This document shows positions 1 through 9,482 of a stretch of DNA of 64,000 bases, one piece after another (within the stretch, counting starts at the first letter, position 1; each line of letters starts with the position of its first letter). The stretch is taken from the NCBI GenBank assembly GCA_963729895.1, contig CAVSQB010000023.1, positions 7,594 through 71,593 of the forward strand, written 5' to 3'. The notes beneath the pieces were generated by a model. It searched no databases, was not told the origin of the DNA, and saw only the letters and a program-made list of their open reading frames with translations. The DNA comes from an uncultured Fibrobacterota bacterium (GTDB lineage Bacteria > Fibrobacterota > Chitinivibrionia > Chitinivibrionales > FEN-1185). Made by a program: the position numbers and the translations under genes.

Positions 1-1
1 C

Positions 2-2449
2 GAAGAGCTTTCCGGCACAGACCTCGAAGGCCTTCGCTACACGCCGTTGTTCGATTACGTTACCGCGGTGTCGGACAAATTCTTTACCGTCACGTGCGCC
101 GATTTTGTGTCAACCGAAGACGGAACCGGCATCGTGCACATCGCGCCCGCGTTCGGCGAAGACGACTTCGGCGTGGGGAAGGCGCTCGGCCTTCCTATCG
201 TGTGCCCTGTTGACGAAGAGGGAAAGTTCACCGCGGAGGTCCCCGAATACGCGGGCAGGCTCGTGTTCGACGCGGACGGCGACATCGTGAAGCGCATCAA
301 AGCGATGGGACGGCTCGTTCACCGGTCCACGCTCGAACACCGGTACCCGCATTGCTACCGTTGCGATTCGGCGCTCATTTACAAGGCAATAACCACCTGG
401 TTCATGAAAATTGAGCCGCTCAAGCCGAACATGCTCGAAAACAACCGGACGATCCACTGGGTGCCGTCGCATCTGCAAAACGGACGGTTCGGCAAGGGAA
501 TAGAAAGCGCGCCGGACTGGAACATCTCGCGCAACCGGTACTGGGGAACGCCCATTCCCGTGTGGCTGTGCGAGTGCGGCCACAGGGAATGCATTGCCAG
601 TTGCGACCGGTTGCACACCCTTGCAGGCAACGGCGACAAAGCCGCGGGGGAAAAACGCCATGCGGAAGTTATCGCAGGCGTACAGGCAGGCGTTCGCGAC
701 AAATGGAAGCGGATCGGCGCGGACAAGAAAATCACCGTGGACGACGGCGGTGCACCGGGGTTTGGAGCTATTCCCGACAACGACCTGCACCGCCACGTGA
801 TAGACAAGCTCAATCTCGCCTGCCCGGTGTGCGGGAAGGCCATGCATCGCACGCCCGAAGTGCTCGATTGCTGGTTCGAGTCGGGTTCCATGCCCTATGC
901 GCAGCACCACTATCCGTTTGAAAATGCGAAGACGTTCGACAGGAGTTTTCCCGCGGATTTCATCGCCGAAGGGCTCGACCAGACGCGCGGGTGGTTTTAC
1001 ACGCTTACGGTGCTGTCAAGCGCGCTGTTCCACAAATCCGCGTTCAAGAACGTTATCGTCAACGGCATCATCCTTTCGGAAGACGGCAAGAAGCTTTCCA
1101 AACGGCTCAAGAACTATGCTCCGCCCGAGGAGATCCTTGGCAGGCTCGGCGCCGACGCGCTCCGCCTGTTTCTCATCAACTCGCCTGCCGTAAAGGCGGA
1201 AGACCTGCGGTTCTCCGAAAATGGCGTGCTGGAAATGTCCCGCGCCGTGCTCCTGCCGTTCTGGAACGCCTATGCATTTTTCGTAACGTACGCAAACGTC
1301 GATGGCTGGGGGCCGCCCTGGAACGGGACGCCGAAAAGCCGCCACGAGCTCGACCGGTGGATCGTGTCGCTGCTGTCCGGCCTTGTTGCGTCGGTAAACA
1401 GCGAGATGGAGGAATACAACCTGTACAGGGTCGTCCCGCTGCTCGTCGATTTTATAGACAACCTCACCAACTGGTACATACGGCGGTCGCGCAGGCGGTT
1501 CTGGAAAAGCGAGAACGACGCGGATAAGAACGACGCCTACTCCACGCTGTACTGGGTGCTCATCGAATTTTCCAAGGTGATGGCGCCCTTCCTGCCGTTC
1601 TTGACTGAAGCGATATACCGCAATCTTGCCGCGGCACACGGCGGCGTAAACGCCGCCGGCAGCGTGCACTGCGAGCCGTACCCCGAAAGCGACGAGACCC
1701 TGTTCGACGCCGCGCTCGTTGAAAAGATGCGGCTTGTACGCACCATCGTCACCATGGGCCGCGCGCTGCGCAGCAGGTTCAACCTCAAGACGCGGCAGCC
1801 GCTGTCCGAGCTCGTGGTGGTGATCCGCAACAATGCCACACGCGCGCTCATGCAGGCCATGGACGCACTGTTGCGGGATGAACTCAATGTCAAGAACGTC
1901 CGTTTCGAATCGGACGAAAGCACGGTCGTAACGCTGTCTGCAAAAGCGAATTTTAAGCGGCTTGGCAAGGCGCTGGGCCCGAGAATGAAAGACGCTGCAA
2001 AGATCATCGAGGCATATACGGCTGATGATATCCACGCTCTCGAGAATGGCGCCGCGCGGGTTGTGCTCGGCCACGGGCTAACCCTTGACGACATCGAAGT
2101 GCGCCGCACCAAACGCGCAGGGGTGGAGGTGGAAACGCATGACGGGATCACGGTCGCGCTCAACACCGAGATTACCCCGGAACTGTGCGAGGAATGCCTC
2201 GCACGTGAATTTGTCAACCGCATCCAGACCATGCGCAAGAACGCGGGTTTGAGCGTCACCGACCGCATAGCAATCCGGTGCGCGGCCCCGGCAGAGCTTG
2301 AGGCGGCGCTTTCGCATTTCAAAGACTATGTGTGCGGCGAGACGCTCGCGACTGCGATCACGTGGGACGTTGACAAGGGTGCTCCGGCCGAGGCACTCGA
2401 AATCGACGAGTTCAAGGCTCTTGCCCAGATTACCGTGAAGAGCGCATAG
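2..2449 (+). CDS. ileS: isoleucyl-tRNA synthetase, C-terminal ~815 aa (5' end outside the window)
   Basis: The frame is open from nt 2; the ORF track starts at the first Met, nt 47. Class-I aaRS signatures are present: DCWFESGSMPY, a KMSKS-type loop (KLSKRLKNY) and a long anticodon-binding/C-terminal region. Confidence 0.9.
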   Translation, partial: EELSGTDLEGLRYTPLFDYVTAVSDKFFTVTCADFVSTEDGTGIVHIAPAFGEDDFGVGKALGLPIVCPVDEEGKFTAEVPEYAGRLVFDADGDIVKRIKAMGRLVHRSTLEHRYPHCYRCDSALIYKAITTWFMKIEPLKPNMLENNRTIHWVPSHLQNGRFGKGIESAPDWNISRNRYWGTPIPVWLCECGHRECIASCDRLHTLAGNGDKAAGEKRHAEVIAGVQAGVRDKWKRIGADKKITVDDGGAPGFGAIPDNDLHRHVIDKLNLACPVCGKAMHRTPEVLDCWFESGSMPYAQHHYPFENAKTFDRSFPADFIAEGLDQTRGWFYTLTVLSSALFHKSAFKNVIVNGIILSEDGKKLSKRLKNYAPPEEILGRLGADALRLFLINSPAVKAEDLRFSENGVLEMSRAVLLPFWNAYAFFVTYANVDGWGPPWNGTPKSRHELDRWIVSLLSGLVASVNSEMEEYNLYRVVPLLVDFIDNLTNWYIRRSRRRFWKSENDADKNDAYSTLYWVLIEFSKVMAPFLPFLTEAIYRNLAAAHGGVNAAGSVHCEPYPESDETLFDAALVEKMRLVRTIVTMGRALRSRFNLKTRQPLSELVVVIRNNATRALMQAMDALLRDELNVKNVRFESDESTVVTLSAKANFKRLGKALGPRMKDAAKIIEAYTADDIHALENGAARVVLGHGLTLDDIEVRRTKRAGVEVETHDGITVALNTEITPELCEECLAREFVNRIQTMRKNAGLSVTDRIAIRCAAPAELEAALSHFKDYVCGETLATAITWDVDKGAPAEALEIDEFKALAQITVKSA

Positions 2450-2536
2450 CGGGATCCATCACAACAGGACGGGAACGCCATCAACAACCTCCTCAAACAG
2501 TTCAAGAACGACCTTGTCTACACCCTTGCGCTCCTT

Positions 2537-3424
2537 GTGGCCGCGGTGTGGCCGGTTATCCCGCGAAAACCCGGGCTGGCCCTGTTCGGGTTTCTGGGCG
2601 GGCTGTTCTACCGGCTTCCCACAAAAGACCGGACATGGTGCATCGAGCACCTCAGATTGATCTTCGGCGCAACGCTCACGGAACATGAGATCGGCCGCAG
2701 GGCGCGCGCCGTGTACGTGAACCTGGGGAAGAACCTGTTCGACGCACTGTACCTGTCGCGCAAAAACAAGGCCCAACTTGACAAAATAGTACACAGCGAC
2801 AGCTTGGCGCCCGTGTGGGGCGCCTATAACGAGAAGAAAGGCGTGCTCACCATTACCGCCCATACCGGGTGCTTCGAAATGCTGTTGCACTATTTTGCCG
2901 CGCAGGGGTTTGCGTGCTTCGCCATCGGGAGGGAACTGTACGACAAGCGGATCGACGACCTTATCAAGCGCCAGCGGTCGGGAGAAAACATCGTGTACCT
3001 CCACAGATCGGAAAACCTGCGCAAGTTTCTCAAGCTCCTGGGCGAAGGGAGGCTGTTCGGGGTGCTCGTTGACCAGGACACCAACGTGGACGGCGTGTTC
3101 GCGCATTTCCTCGGCAGGCTTGCCTACACCCCGAGCGGTCCGGTAAAGCTTGCCATGCGCAGCAATCTGCCGGTGTTCGTCATAACCACCGCACGGGATC
3201 CGGACGACTCGCACCGCATTTTCGTGCGGAAAATCCCCATGGCCGCGGGCGGGGATTTCGATAAAGACCTGGTGACGAACGTCGAGGCGATCAATGCCGC
3301 CATCGGCGAGACCGTCATGGCGTATCCCGAGCAATGGGTGTGGATGCACAAACGATGGCACAGGCAACCCGGCGACCAGGGCTTTCAAAAAATCCCCAAC
3401 ATCGAAACAATGGTTGACAAATGA
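2537..3424 (+). CDS. lipid A late acyltransferase / lysophospholipid acyltransferase (LpxL-HtrB family)
   Basis: 295-aa ORF with an N-terminal hydrophobic anchor and an HX4E catalytic-type motif (HTGCFE). It sits directly upstream of the lpt genes. It has a GTG start, and the frame is open back to the ileS stop, so the start is uncertain. Confidence 0.7.
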   Translation: MAAVWPVIPRKPGLALFGFLGGLFYRLPTKDRTWCIEHLRLIFGATLTEHEIGRRARAVYVNLGKNLFDALYLSRKNKAQLDKIVHSDSLAPVWGAYNEKKGVLTITAHTGCFEMLLHYFAAQGFACFAIGRELYDKRIDDLIKRQRSGENIVYLHRSENLRKFLKLLGEGRLFGVLVDQDTNVDGVFAHFLGRLAYTPSGPVKLAMRSNLPVFVITTARDPDDSHRIFVRKIPMAAGGDFDKDLVTNVEAINAAIGETVMAYPEQWVWMHKRWHRQPGDQGFQKIPNIETMVDK

Positions 3425-3996
3425 AAACAAACCTCCGCCGGGTCCTTTGGCCCGTCGCCGTCGCCGCGCTCATCGCCTCGTGCGGGCCCAAGAAAGAAAC
3501 CGTGCCCGTGTCCGACACGCTCATCGACCACCCGTTCCAGGAGCTCGACACAACCACCATGTACTATTACAACGGGGGCAGGCTGCAGTGGCGGCTTGAA
3601 TCCGCGCACATAAGGAAGTTCATCGCCGACACCGGGCACGTTGTCGCACACCCGGTCAAGCTTAACGTATACGACTCCCTGGGCAAGGAGATCATGATCG
3701 TGCTGTCCGACTCCGGCACCACCGATGGCCCGATGCAGCTCTTTTGCGTCTGGGGTAATGCCTATGTGAAGGCCGAAAACGGGATGCGGGTCACTTCGCC
3801 GCGGCTGTACTGGAACCTCAAGACCCATCGCGTCACCTCTGAGGACTATGTGCAGATCAAGACGCTCAAGGGCGACGTTCTTCAGGGCAAAGGCCTTGAT
3901 GCGGCGGAAGACTTCTCCTGGTGGAAATTCGAGCACGACGTAAGCGGCAGGTTCCCGAATTTCCGGGAACGGGCGGACCAGGGGGATGAATTCTAG
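3421..3996 (+). CDS. lptC: LptC-like LPS export protein (lipoprotein-type signal, LIASC lipobox)
   Basis: 191 aa, matching the size and position expected for lptC upstream of lptA-lptB. It has a signal/lipobox and beta-rich sequence. The call rests mainly on synteny. Confidence 0.5.
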   Translation: MKTNLRRVLWPVAVAALIASCGPKKETVPVSDTLIDHPFQELDTTTMYYYNGGRLQWRLESAHIRKFIADTGHVVAHPVKLNVYDSLGKEIMIVLSDSGTTDGPMQLFCVWGNAYVKAENGMRVTSPRLYWNLKTHRVTSEDYVQIKTLKGDVLQGKGLDAAEDFSWWKFEHDVSGRFPNFRERADQGDEF

Positions 3997-3999
3997 TAT

Positions 4000-5665
4000 C
4001 TTTGCAAGTCTTTATAAAGGGGGGGGGAAGTTCAGCCTGTCTCAAATCTTGACAATAGGTTTGGGCGTCCCCCTTTTGCTGGACCGCGACCGGGACTACG
4101 TGCATATGTAAAGGAGCAGGGGCGATTACGACTGCTATGTTAAAAAGCAACGAATTTAGCAGAAAAGCTTGATTAAGAGACAGTGCGATCGCCTTCTGTA
4201 TTTCAAGATTCCTAATCTGCCATGTACAGATTGAACAGTTTGCATACTGCTATGAACAGTCAGGTCGTCTAACCCCGCTGCAAGATATTTATCAGAGTAA
4301 AAATGTGTAGCCGCAATCTGCATTAAACGGAATGTTTCCATCCGCAGTCGTAGTCCTACGGTCTACACGCGCATGAGCGCATGTTCAATCTGAGTATTTT
4401 CTTACAGCGCTATTCGATTATGCCTAGAGCATATGGCTTTTGGTTCGCCCAGACGTACCTGATTCGGCTGAGCAATTTCTTTGCTATCCTGATAATGGCA
4501 TTGTTCTTGGTCATTCGCCTCGTCAGGTCACTGAAGCTTTTCGTCAATACAGGGTCTTTGCGGATCGCTATCCAAGCCGCCTCTACCAGCAAATATCGCA
4601 AATAAACGGATTTCCTGCTGGCAATACCCTTTGTCCATTTCTTGTCATCACTACTCTTGACCTCAGGGATAAGGCCGATGATGGCTGCTAGCTTGTCGAA
4701 TTTCGCAAATCTTCTTATGTCGAGAAGCTCTGCGTAAAGAGTGAATGCCGTCGTCAGACCGATTCCGGGTATGGTCCGCAAAAGGCGAATGGTCTCATTA
4801 CGGGAGCTGTATGTACGCAAACCCCTCAAAATATCAAGCTTGCCTTTCCGTGCATCCTCGTATTGCACCAGAAGCAAATCCAGTGTCTGCCGGTTCTGTT
4901 CCTGTTCGAATTTCAAAGCCTGCAACCAGCGAATGAAGTTCCGTGACCAGCGGCGGCCGCTATACTCCGCGGGAATAGAAATTCCGTTGAAGTGGAGAAA
5001 TCCTTTGATATAACTCTTTACCTGACTGCTCCGCTTGGTCTGCTGAAAACGTAGCCGAGAGAGTGAGCGAATCGACTGCTGTTGTGGATTAGGAATAAAG
5101 ATGCACTCCAAAGACCCATTGCCGAGTTCCCGGCTCAGTTTGTTGCTGTCGATCGGATCGCGCTTTGCTATTTTCTCCTTATTTGTCGTTGGAACGTCCG
5201 CAGGGTTTACAATAATATTCCTAACGCCAGCTTCCGTCAATTCGCGGTGAATCCAATAGCCGCAAAATCCAGCCTCATAAACGCTATGGTATTCCCCGCC
5301 AGGATAGTGCTTCTTCATGTAATCGGAAAGCTCTCTCGGGGATGGGTTCATTGAAAACTTTTTCAGAAGTAACTGGTTGGAACGAATAGTTACGCTCCAA
5401 TTAGAATCATGAGCATCTATCCCAATGTCAAATCTTTGCCCATTAAACTCCAGCGCTCTACTATTTTTCCTGATACGCATCGCAGTATCCTTTCGTTTAA
5501 GTTTTTGGAATCTACTAACCCTATTCCAAAAATACGAAGGGATACTGCACCTTTTAATCATAATATCTGCATTGAAGCAGTATGAGCCAACGGGTGTGCC
5601 CCCAGATCGCCGCCCCTTGGGACGGAAGCTGGGGCCAGAGGGAAACGCGAAGCGGTTCCCCCACC
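4000..5665 (-). mobile_element. IS110-family insertion sequence between lptC and lptA (ends approximate)
   Basis: A lower-GC block fills a normally short lptC-lptA spacer. It holds a single DEDD-type transposase gene, with about 170 nt of non-coding sequence 5' and about 400 nt 3' of it. No terminal inverted repeats are obvious, as is usual for this family. Confidence 0.75.
4410..5480 (-). CDS. IS110-family (DEDD/RuvC-like) transposase
   Basis: The sequence from MRIRKNS onward carries IGIDAHDSNW, YEAGFCGYW, IVNPADV and the C-terminal IPGIGLTTAFTLYAEL..RF motif typical of IS110/IS1111 transposases. The ORF-track start at 5819 is probably too far upstream. Confidence 0.9.
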   Translation of the reverse strand: MRIRKNSRALEFNGQRFDIGIDAHDSNWSVTIRSNQLLLKKFSMNPSPRELSDYMKKHYPGGEYHSVYEAGFCGYWIHRELTEAGVRNIIVNPADVPTTNKEKIAKRDPIDSNKLSRELGNGSLECIFIPNPQQQSIRSLSRLRFQQTKRSSQVKSYIKGFLHFNGISIPAEYSGRRWSRNFIRWLQALKFEQEQNRQTLDLLLVQYEDARKGKLDILRGLRTYSSRNETIRLLRTIPGIGLTTAFTLYAELLDIRRFAKFDKLAAIIGLIPEVKSSDDKKWTKGIASRKSVYLRYLLVEAAWIAIRKDPVLTKSFSDLTRRMTKNNAIIRIAKKLLSRIRYVWANQKPYALGIIE

Positions 5666-5679
5666 AGAAAGCTAAGGAA

Positions 5680-6843
5680 ATGAAAAAGATACCTATCATA
5701 ATCTTAAGTCTAATAGCGACCGCGTTTCCAAAATCGCCTGACCTGATATTGAAATCGGCCAACTCCGACGTCAACACCATGTCAAAAGACGGGGAGATGA
5801 TTTCCGAGCTTACCGGCAACGTGGTCTTCTTCTACGACGACGCGGTGATCAAATCCGAATTCGCCAAGTGGTGGAAGAGCCGGGGCACCGTGTCGTTTAC
5901 CGACCATGTCCGGATCGACAGGAAGAACCAGAAGATCACGTCCGACCGCATGGATTATGACAAGGCCAAGAAATGGCTCATTGCCGACGGCCATCTCAAT
6001 TTCTACGACACAAAGGAGCGCGTAAAACTCATCGGGGATCACGGGACCTATTACCTCGACAAGAAGTTTCTTGTCGTTGAGGGCCATCCGCAATTCATAT
6101 TTTACGATACTGCCGCGCACGACACGCTCGACATCCGGGGAAAGAAAATGACCTACGACGATTCCATCAAGAAGGCGTCGGTGTACGAGAACGTCACGGT
6201 GGCAAAAGGAAGCCTGTTCACGCATTCCGAGGCCGCCTATTACTTCCCGGACTCGGGACGGGCGCAGTTGCGCAAGGTGCCGAGAATCGCCTACCAGACC
6301 GATTCGCTGAGCGGCGATTCCGTGGACCTGACGTTCACGAAAAAGCATTTGCAGCACGTCAAAGTAAACGGCGGTTCGCACGGGCAGTACAAGGATTTCG
6401 GCGCGTCGGACACCACACTTACACACCTGTTCGGCGACAGTATTTCCATGTTTCTCACCGATTCGGGCAAAATAGATTCCATGTGGGCGTTTGGTAATGT
6501 CAAGAGCAAGTACTATCCGCTAAAAAACCCGCTTTCGACCAACGAGGCGTACGGGAAGCTCATGACCGTCTCGTTCAACGGCCGCGGCGAAATTTCCCGC
6601 GTCAAGGTGTGGGGCAACGCGCGGAGCATCTACAACGTGGACGAGAAAGACGGCAGGGGCCGCAACGAGGCAAGCGGCGACAGCATCACGGTCTCGTTTG
6701 CAAAAGGCAAAGCAACGCACGTGAAACTGTCCGGCAGCGTGCGAGGATTCTACGCTCCGCTGCCCGCGGCGGCCAAGCCGCAGCCCGACAGCGGCATCCA
6801 GGAAAAACCCAAAGTCGCCCCAAAAAAGGAAGTCCCGCAGTGA
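5680..6843 (+). CDS. lptA: LptA/OstA-like periplasmic LPS transport protein (long form, ~387 aa)
   Basis: ATG at 5680 followed by a signal peptide ([16 protein letters not shown]). OstA-type beta-jellyroll-like repeats run through the protein. It lies immediately upstream of, and overlaps, lptB. Confidence 0.6.
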   Translation: MKKIPIIILSLIATAFPKSPDLILKSANSDVNTMSKDGEMISELTGNVVFFYDDAVIKSEFAKWWKSRGTVSFTDHVRIDRKNQKITSDRMDYDKAKKWLIADGHLNFYDTKERVKLIGDHGTYYLDKKFLVVEGHPQFIFYDTAAHDTLDIRGKKMTYDDSIKKASVYENVTVAKGSLFTHSEAAYYFPDSGRAQLRKVPRIAYQTDSLSGDSVDLTFTKKHLQHVKVNGGSHGQYKDFGASDTTLTHLFGDSISMFLTDSGKIDSMWAFGNVKSKYYPLKNPLSTNEAYGKLMTVSFNGRGEISRVKVWGNARSIYNVDEKDGRGRNEASGDSITVSFAKGKATHVKLSGSVRGFYAPLPAAAKPQPDSGIQEKPKVAPKKEVPQ

Positions 6844-7631
6844 GCGAAGACACTCAGGAGACCGCCACCGTTGCCGGGCCGCAGCCGACGGCCCCCCCGG
6901 CATCGCGCAGGGAAATCCGCACCGAGGAACTTGTCAAGATCTACAGCAAGCGCCGCGTGGTGGACGGCGTGACCATCACCGTGCACCAGGGAGAGATCGT
7001 GGGACTTTTGGGTCCCAACGGCGCCGGCAAGACCACCACCTTCTACATGATCGTGGGCATGATCCGCGCCAACAAGGGAAACATCTACCTTGACAATCAC
7101 GAGATTTCAAGAAAGCCCATGTTCAAGCGCGCCCGGATGGGCATAGGATATCTTTCGCAGGAGCCGTCCATCTTCCGCAAACTTTCGGTTGGCGACAACA
7201 TCATGGCCATTCTGGAATCCCAACACATGGGCGCCCGTGTCCGCAAGGAGCGGATGCACCAATTGCTCGAAGAGCTTCACGTGGCGCACCTGGAGAAAAG
7301 CCTCGGCTACCAGCTTTCCGGAGGCGAACGCCGCCGTGTGGAAATCGCCCGCGCCCTGGCCAACAAACCCGATTTCATTTTGCTCGACGAGCCCTTTGCC
7401 GGCATCGACCCTATTGCCGTGGAGGACATCCAGAGCATCGTGCACGATTTGCGAAGCAAGAACTACGGCATCCTAATTACCGATCACAATGTTCGGGAAA
7501 CCTTGCGCATCACCGACCGCGCCTACATCATCTCCGAAGGAAAAATCCTCATTTCCGGCACCTCCAAGGAACTCGCGGAGAATCCGGAGGCCCGGAGGAT
7601 TTATCTGGGGCAGAAGTTCAAGCTGGATTAA
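6840..7631 (+). CDS. lptB: LPS export ABC transporter ATP-binding protein
   Basis: A GTG at 6840 overlaps the lptA stop. Walker A (GPNGAGKTT), signature ([15 protein letters not shown]) and Walker B (ILLDEPFAG) motifs are present. Classical lptB-rpoN synteny. Confidence 0.9.
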   Translation: MSEDTQETATVAGPQPTAPPASRREIRTEELVKIYSKRRVVDGVTITVHQGEIVGLLGPNGAGKTTTFYMIVGMIRANKGNIYLDNHEISRKPMFKRARMGIGYLSQEPSIFRKLSVGDNIMAILESQHMGARVRKERMHQLLEELHVAHLEKSLGYQLSGGERRRVEIARALANKPDFILLDEPFAGIDPIAVEDIQSIVHDLRSKNYGILITDHNVRETLRITDRAYIISEGKILISGTSKELAENPEARRIYLGQKFKLD

Positions 7632-7653
7632 TATATAGATAATGGTATTTCTT

Positions 7654-7711
7654 GTGGGGGAAGTATCCCCCTCGCTCCACTGCGTTCCGCTGCCCCCTCC
7701 TGGGTGCACCC
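7654..7711 (+). repeat. intergenic structured repeat, copy A, 5' segment (cut by IS5)
   Basis: GTGGGGGAAGTATCCCCCTCGCTCC...CCCCCTCCTGGGTGCACC is near-identical to 19549-19630. It begins about 20 nt after the lptB stop. Confidence 0.7.
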
Positions 7712-9031
7712 CTAGCAGGGTGTTGAAAAAGTCTCCCTTTTGTAAACATTTATCCTTATATTATAGGGGAACCCGAACCAAGGAGTATTGATGAGAGGTT
7801 CCCAGCCAGCCCAAGGCGGTATGTTCAGCTTCGTTTCTCCGGATTCCCGAGTGCCGGCAACACACCCGCTTCGTCGTGTCAAACAGTTTACGGACATAGC
7901 GCTGCGCCGCCTTTCTCGTGACTTTGAGGCGATGTACAGCCGGATGGGACGCCCTTCGATACCGCCGGAATGGCTTTTGAAAGCACAGATATTGATGGCT
8001 TTGTTTTCGATACGGTCGGACCGGTTGTTTTGCGAGATGCTGGACTATAACATTCTGTTCCGATGGTTTCTTGACATGGATCTGGATGCGGCATCGTTTG
8101 ATCATAGTGTGTTTTCGAAGAACCGAGATCGACTTATGGAACAGGAGATTGCGCACCGGCTGATGCAGGAAATCGTGCGTCTTGCTCGTTCCGAAGAGTT
8201 GTTGTCCGATGAGCATTTCACGGTTGACGGCACGTTGATTGAAGCCTGGGCATCGATGAAGAGCTTCAAGCGAAAAGACGCGGAATCGGCGAACAAGACT
8301 GACGATGATCGGAGTAATCCGTCGGTTGATTTCCACCATGAGAAGCGAAGCAATGAGACACATCAGAGTTCGACCGATCCAGAGGCGCTGTTGGCTCGGA
8401 AGAACAAGAGAACGGGAGCGCAGCTGGCGTATTCCGGTCACGTGCTGATGGAAAACCGAAATGGGTTGTGTGTTGATATCGCCATTGCGCCAGCGACGGG
8501 GACAGCGGAACGGGATATGGCGCTTGAGCTGATAAAGCATGAACGCAGGCGCGGAAAACGCCGGATGAAGACGGTGGGTGCAGACAAAGGGTATCATGCA
8601 ACCGAATTTATCAAGAGCCTGCGACGCCTGCACGTGAAGCCTCACATTGCCGAGAAGGCCAACACTTCGCTTAAAGGGTTGGATGGAAGAACGACTCGGC
8701 ATAAGGGATACAGCGTAAGTCAAAGGAAACGAAAACGGGTTGAAGAGATATTTGGGTGGATCAAGAGCGTCGGTGGCCTGCGGAAAACTCGGGTAAGAGG
8801 AATACGAATCAACCAGACTGTTGCCTACGTGGTTGCCGCAGCGTACAACTTGATACGCATGGTTAAGTTGATGCCGCAAACGGTGGGGGCAGCATGAGAA
8901 TGGCCTGGGAATCCGGGGAAATGCCTCGGAACGAGGCAGGTAAAACCTCTCTGACATATGTAAAGTTGAAGTTAGGTTCATAAAAAATCAACAAGAGCGC
9001 TTCTGTTAGGACTATTTCAACAACCTGCTAG
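7712..9031 (+). mobile_element. IS5-family insertion sequence, copy 1 (1320 bp including flanking CTAG)
   Basis: Identical in length to 16603-17922, with 2 substitutions seen (7775 and 8724). Terminal inverted repeats are CAGGGTGTTGAAAAAG and CAGGTTGTTGAAATAG (reverse complement). CTAG is present at both junctions, consistent with IS5-type YTAR target duplication. Confidence 0.9.
7788..8897 (+). CDS. IS5-family DDE transposase (InsH-like N-terminal domain)
   Basis: 369 aa. The N-terminal LFCEMLDYNILFRWFLDMDLD is a DUF772/InsH-type domain, followed by the DDE core with DKGYHATEF. The protein is identical to that encoded at 16679-17788. Confidence 0.9.
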   Translation: MMRGSQPAQGGMFSFVSPDSRVPATHPLRRVKQFTDIALRRLSRDFEAMYSRMGRPSIPPEWLLKAQILMALFSIRSDRLFCEMLDYNILFRWFLDMDLDAASFDHSVFSKNRDRLMEQEIAHRLMQEIVRLARSEELLSDEHFTVDGTLIEAWASMKSFKRKDAESANKTDDDRSNPSVDFHHEKRSNETHQSSTDPEALLARKNKRTGAQLAYSGHVLMENRNGLCVDIAIAPATGTAERDMALELIKHERRRGKRRMKTVGADKGYHATEFIKSLRRLHVKPHIAEKANTSLKGLDGRTTRHKGYSVSQRKRKRVEEIFGWIKSVGGLRKTRVRGIRINQTVAYVVAAAYNLIRMVKLMPQTVGAA

Positions 9032-9334
9032 AGAGAAAAGTAGCAAGAGTCAACCTTCCGTTGGGGGGCACCCGCCGAGAGCTGGTGGAGATTGACGGAG
9101 AGGAGTTGCGTTGTTTTTGATGTTTGCGTTAGGCACGACTGGAGCGGTGCGCAGGAGCGCAGTGTCGGTCGACCCCGTCGCGCGGTTGTCGAGTGCCGTT
9201 CCCCTTGATACTTACCTGCGGTACACTCGGGGAGCGGTGTACCGAGACAGCGCGGCATGGGGGCGAACCGGCACCGAGGCCGAACGGCCAAGCCCGGAGG
9301 AAGGGCCGACCCGAGGGAAGCGAGGGAAACGCCC
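9032..9334 (+). repeat. intergenic structured repeat, copy A, 3' segment (includes 3' module 9126-9334)
   Basis: Aligns with 19631-19877 and 18000-18302. The 3' module is closed by GCGTT...AACGC. Its internal long helix carries a ~70-nt expansion relative to copies B and C. Confidence 0.7.
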
Positions 9335-9439
9335 ATCTTAAGAGTTTGATATTTGGGTGCGCCCGGCAACAGCAATTTCCACTCTTTTCATAATCATTTT
9401 TTCTTGTTTCCCCGGCAATACTATATACTAAATTTCATA

Positions 9440-9455
9440 TGGCACGAAATTTGAT
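9440..9455 (+). promoter_or_regulatory. near-consensus sigma-54 -24/-12 element upstream of rpoN (TGGCAC-N5-TTGAT)
   Basis: TGGCACGAAATTTGAT lies 28 nt upstream of the rpoN ATG. The -24 box is perfect, but the -12 box has GA instead of GC. An AAGGA ribosome-binding site follows. Confidence 0.3.
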
Positions 9456-9482
9456 GCGTTCTGAGCGAAGGATGGATTTTCA

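Noticed and set aside
600-800. ~55-aa insertion in IleRS between the two Cys pairs (CECGH...CPVCG)
   Set aside because: Variable insertions at this Zn-binding/CP region are common in IleRS. Nothing in the sequence suggests an intein or a mobile element.
1016-2074. 352-aa and other long minus-strand ORFs inside ileS (also 110-910 and 1537-2322)
   Set aside because: They lie opposite a strongly supported aaRS gene, show no domain signatures and have a composition typical of antisense frames.
2459-3430. 323-aa minus-strand ORF
   Set aside because: It mirrors the LpxL-like gene, which has the HX4E motif and sits in lpt synteny. The antisense product is featureless.
4156-4341. 61-aa ORF in the 3' flank of the IS110 transposase
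   Set aside because: It is short, has no ribosome-binding site or recognisable motif, and lies in a region more likely to be the non-coding (possibly RNA-encoding) end of the IS.
7761-8981. 406-aa ORF antisense to the IS5 transposase, duplicated at 16652-17872
   Set aside because: It lies entirely opposite a clearly homologous transposase gene. Its sequence is Arg/Ser/Pro-rich with no recognisable domain. It appears in both copies only because the IS is duplicated.
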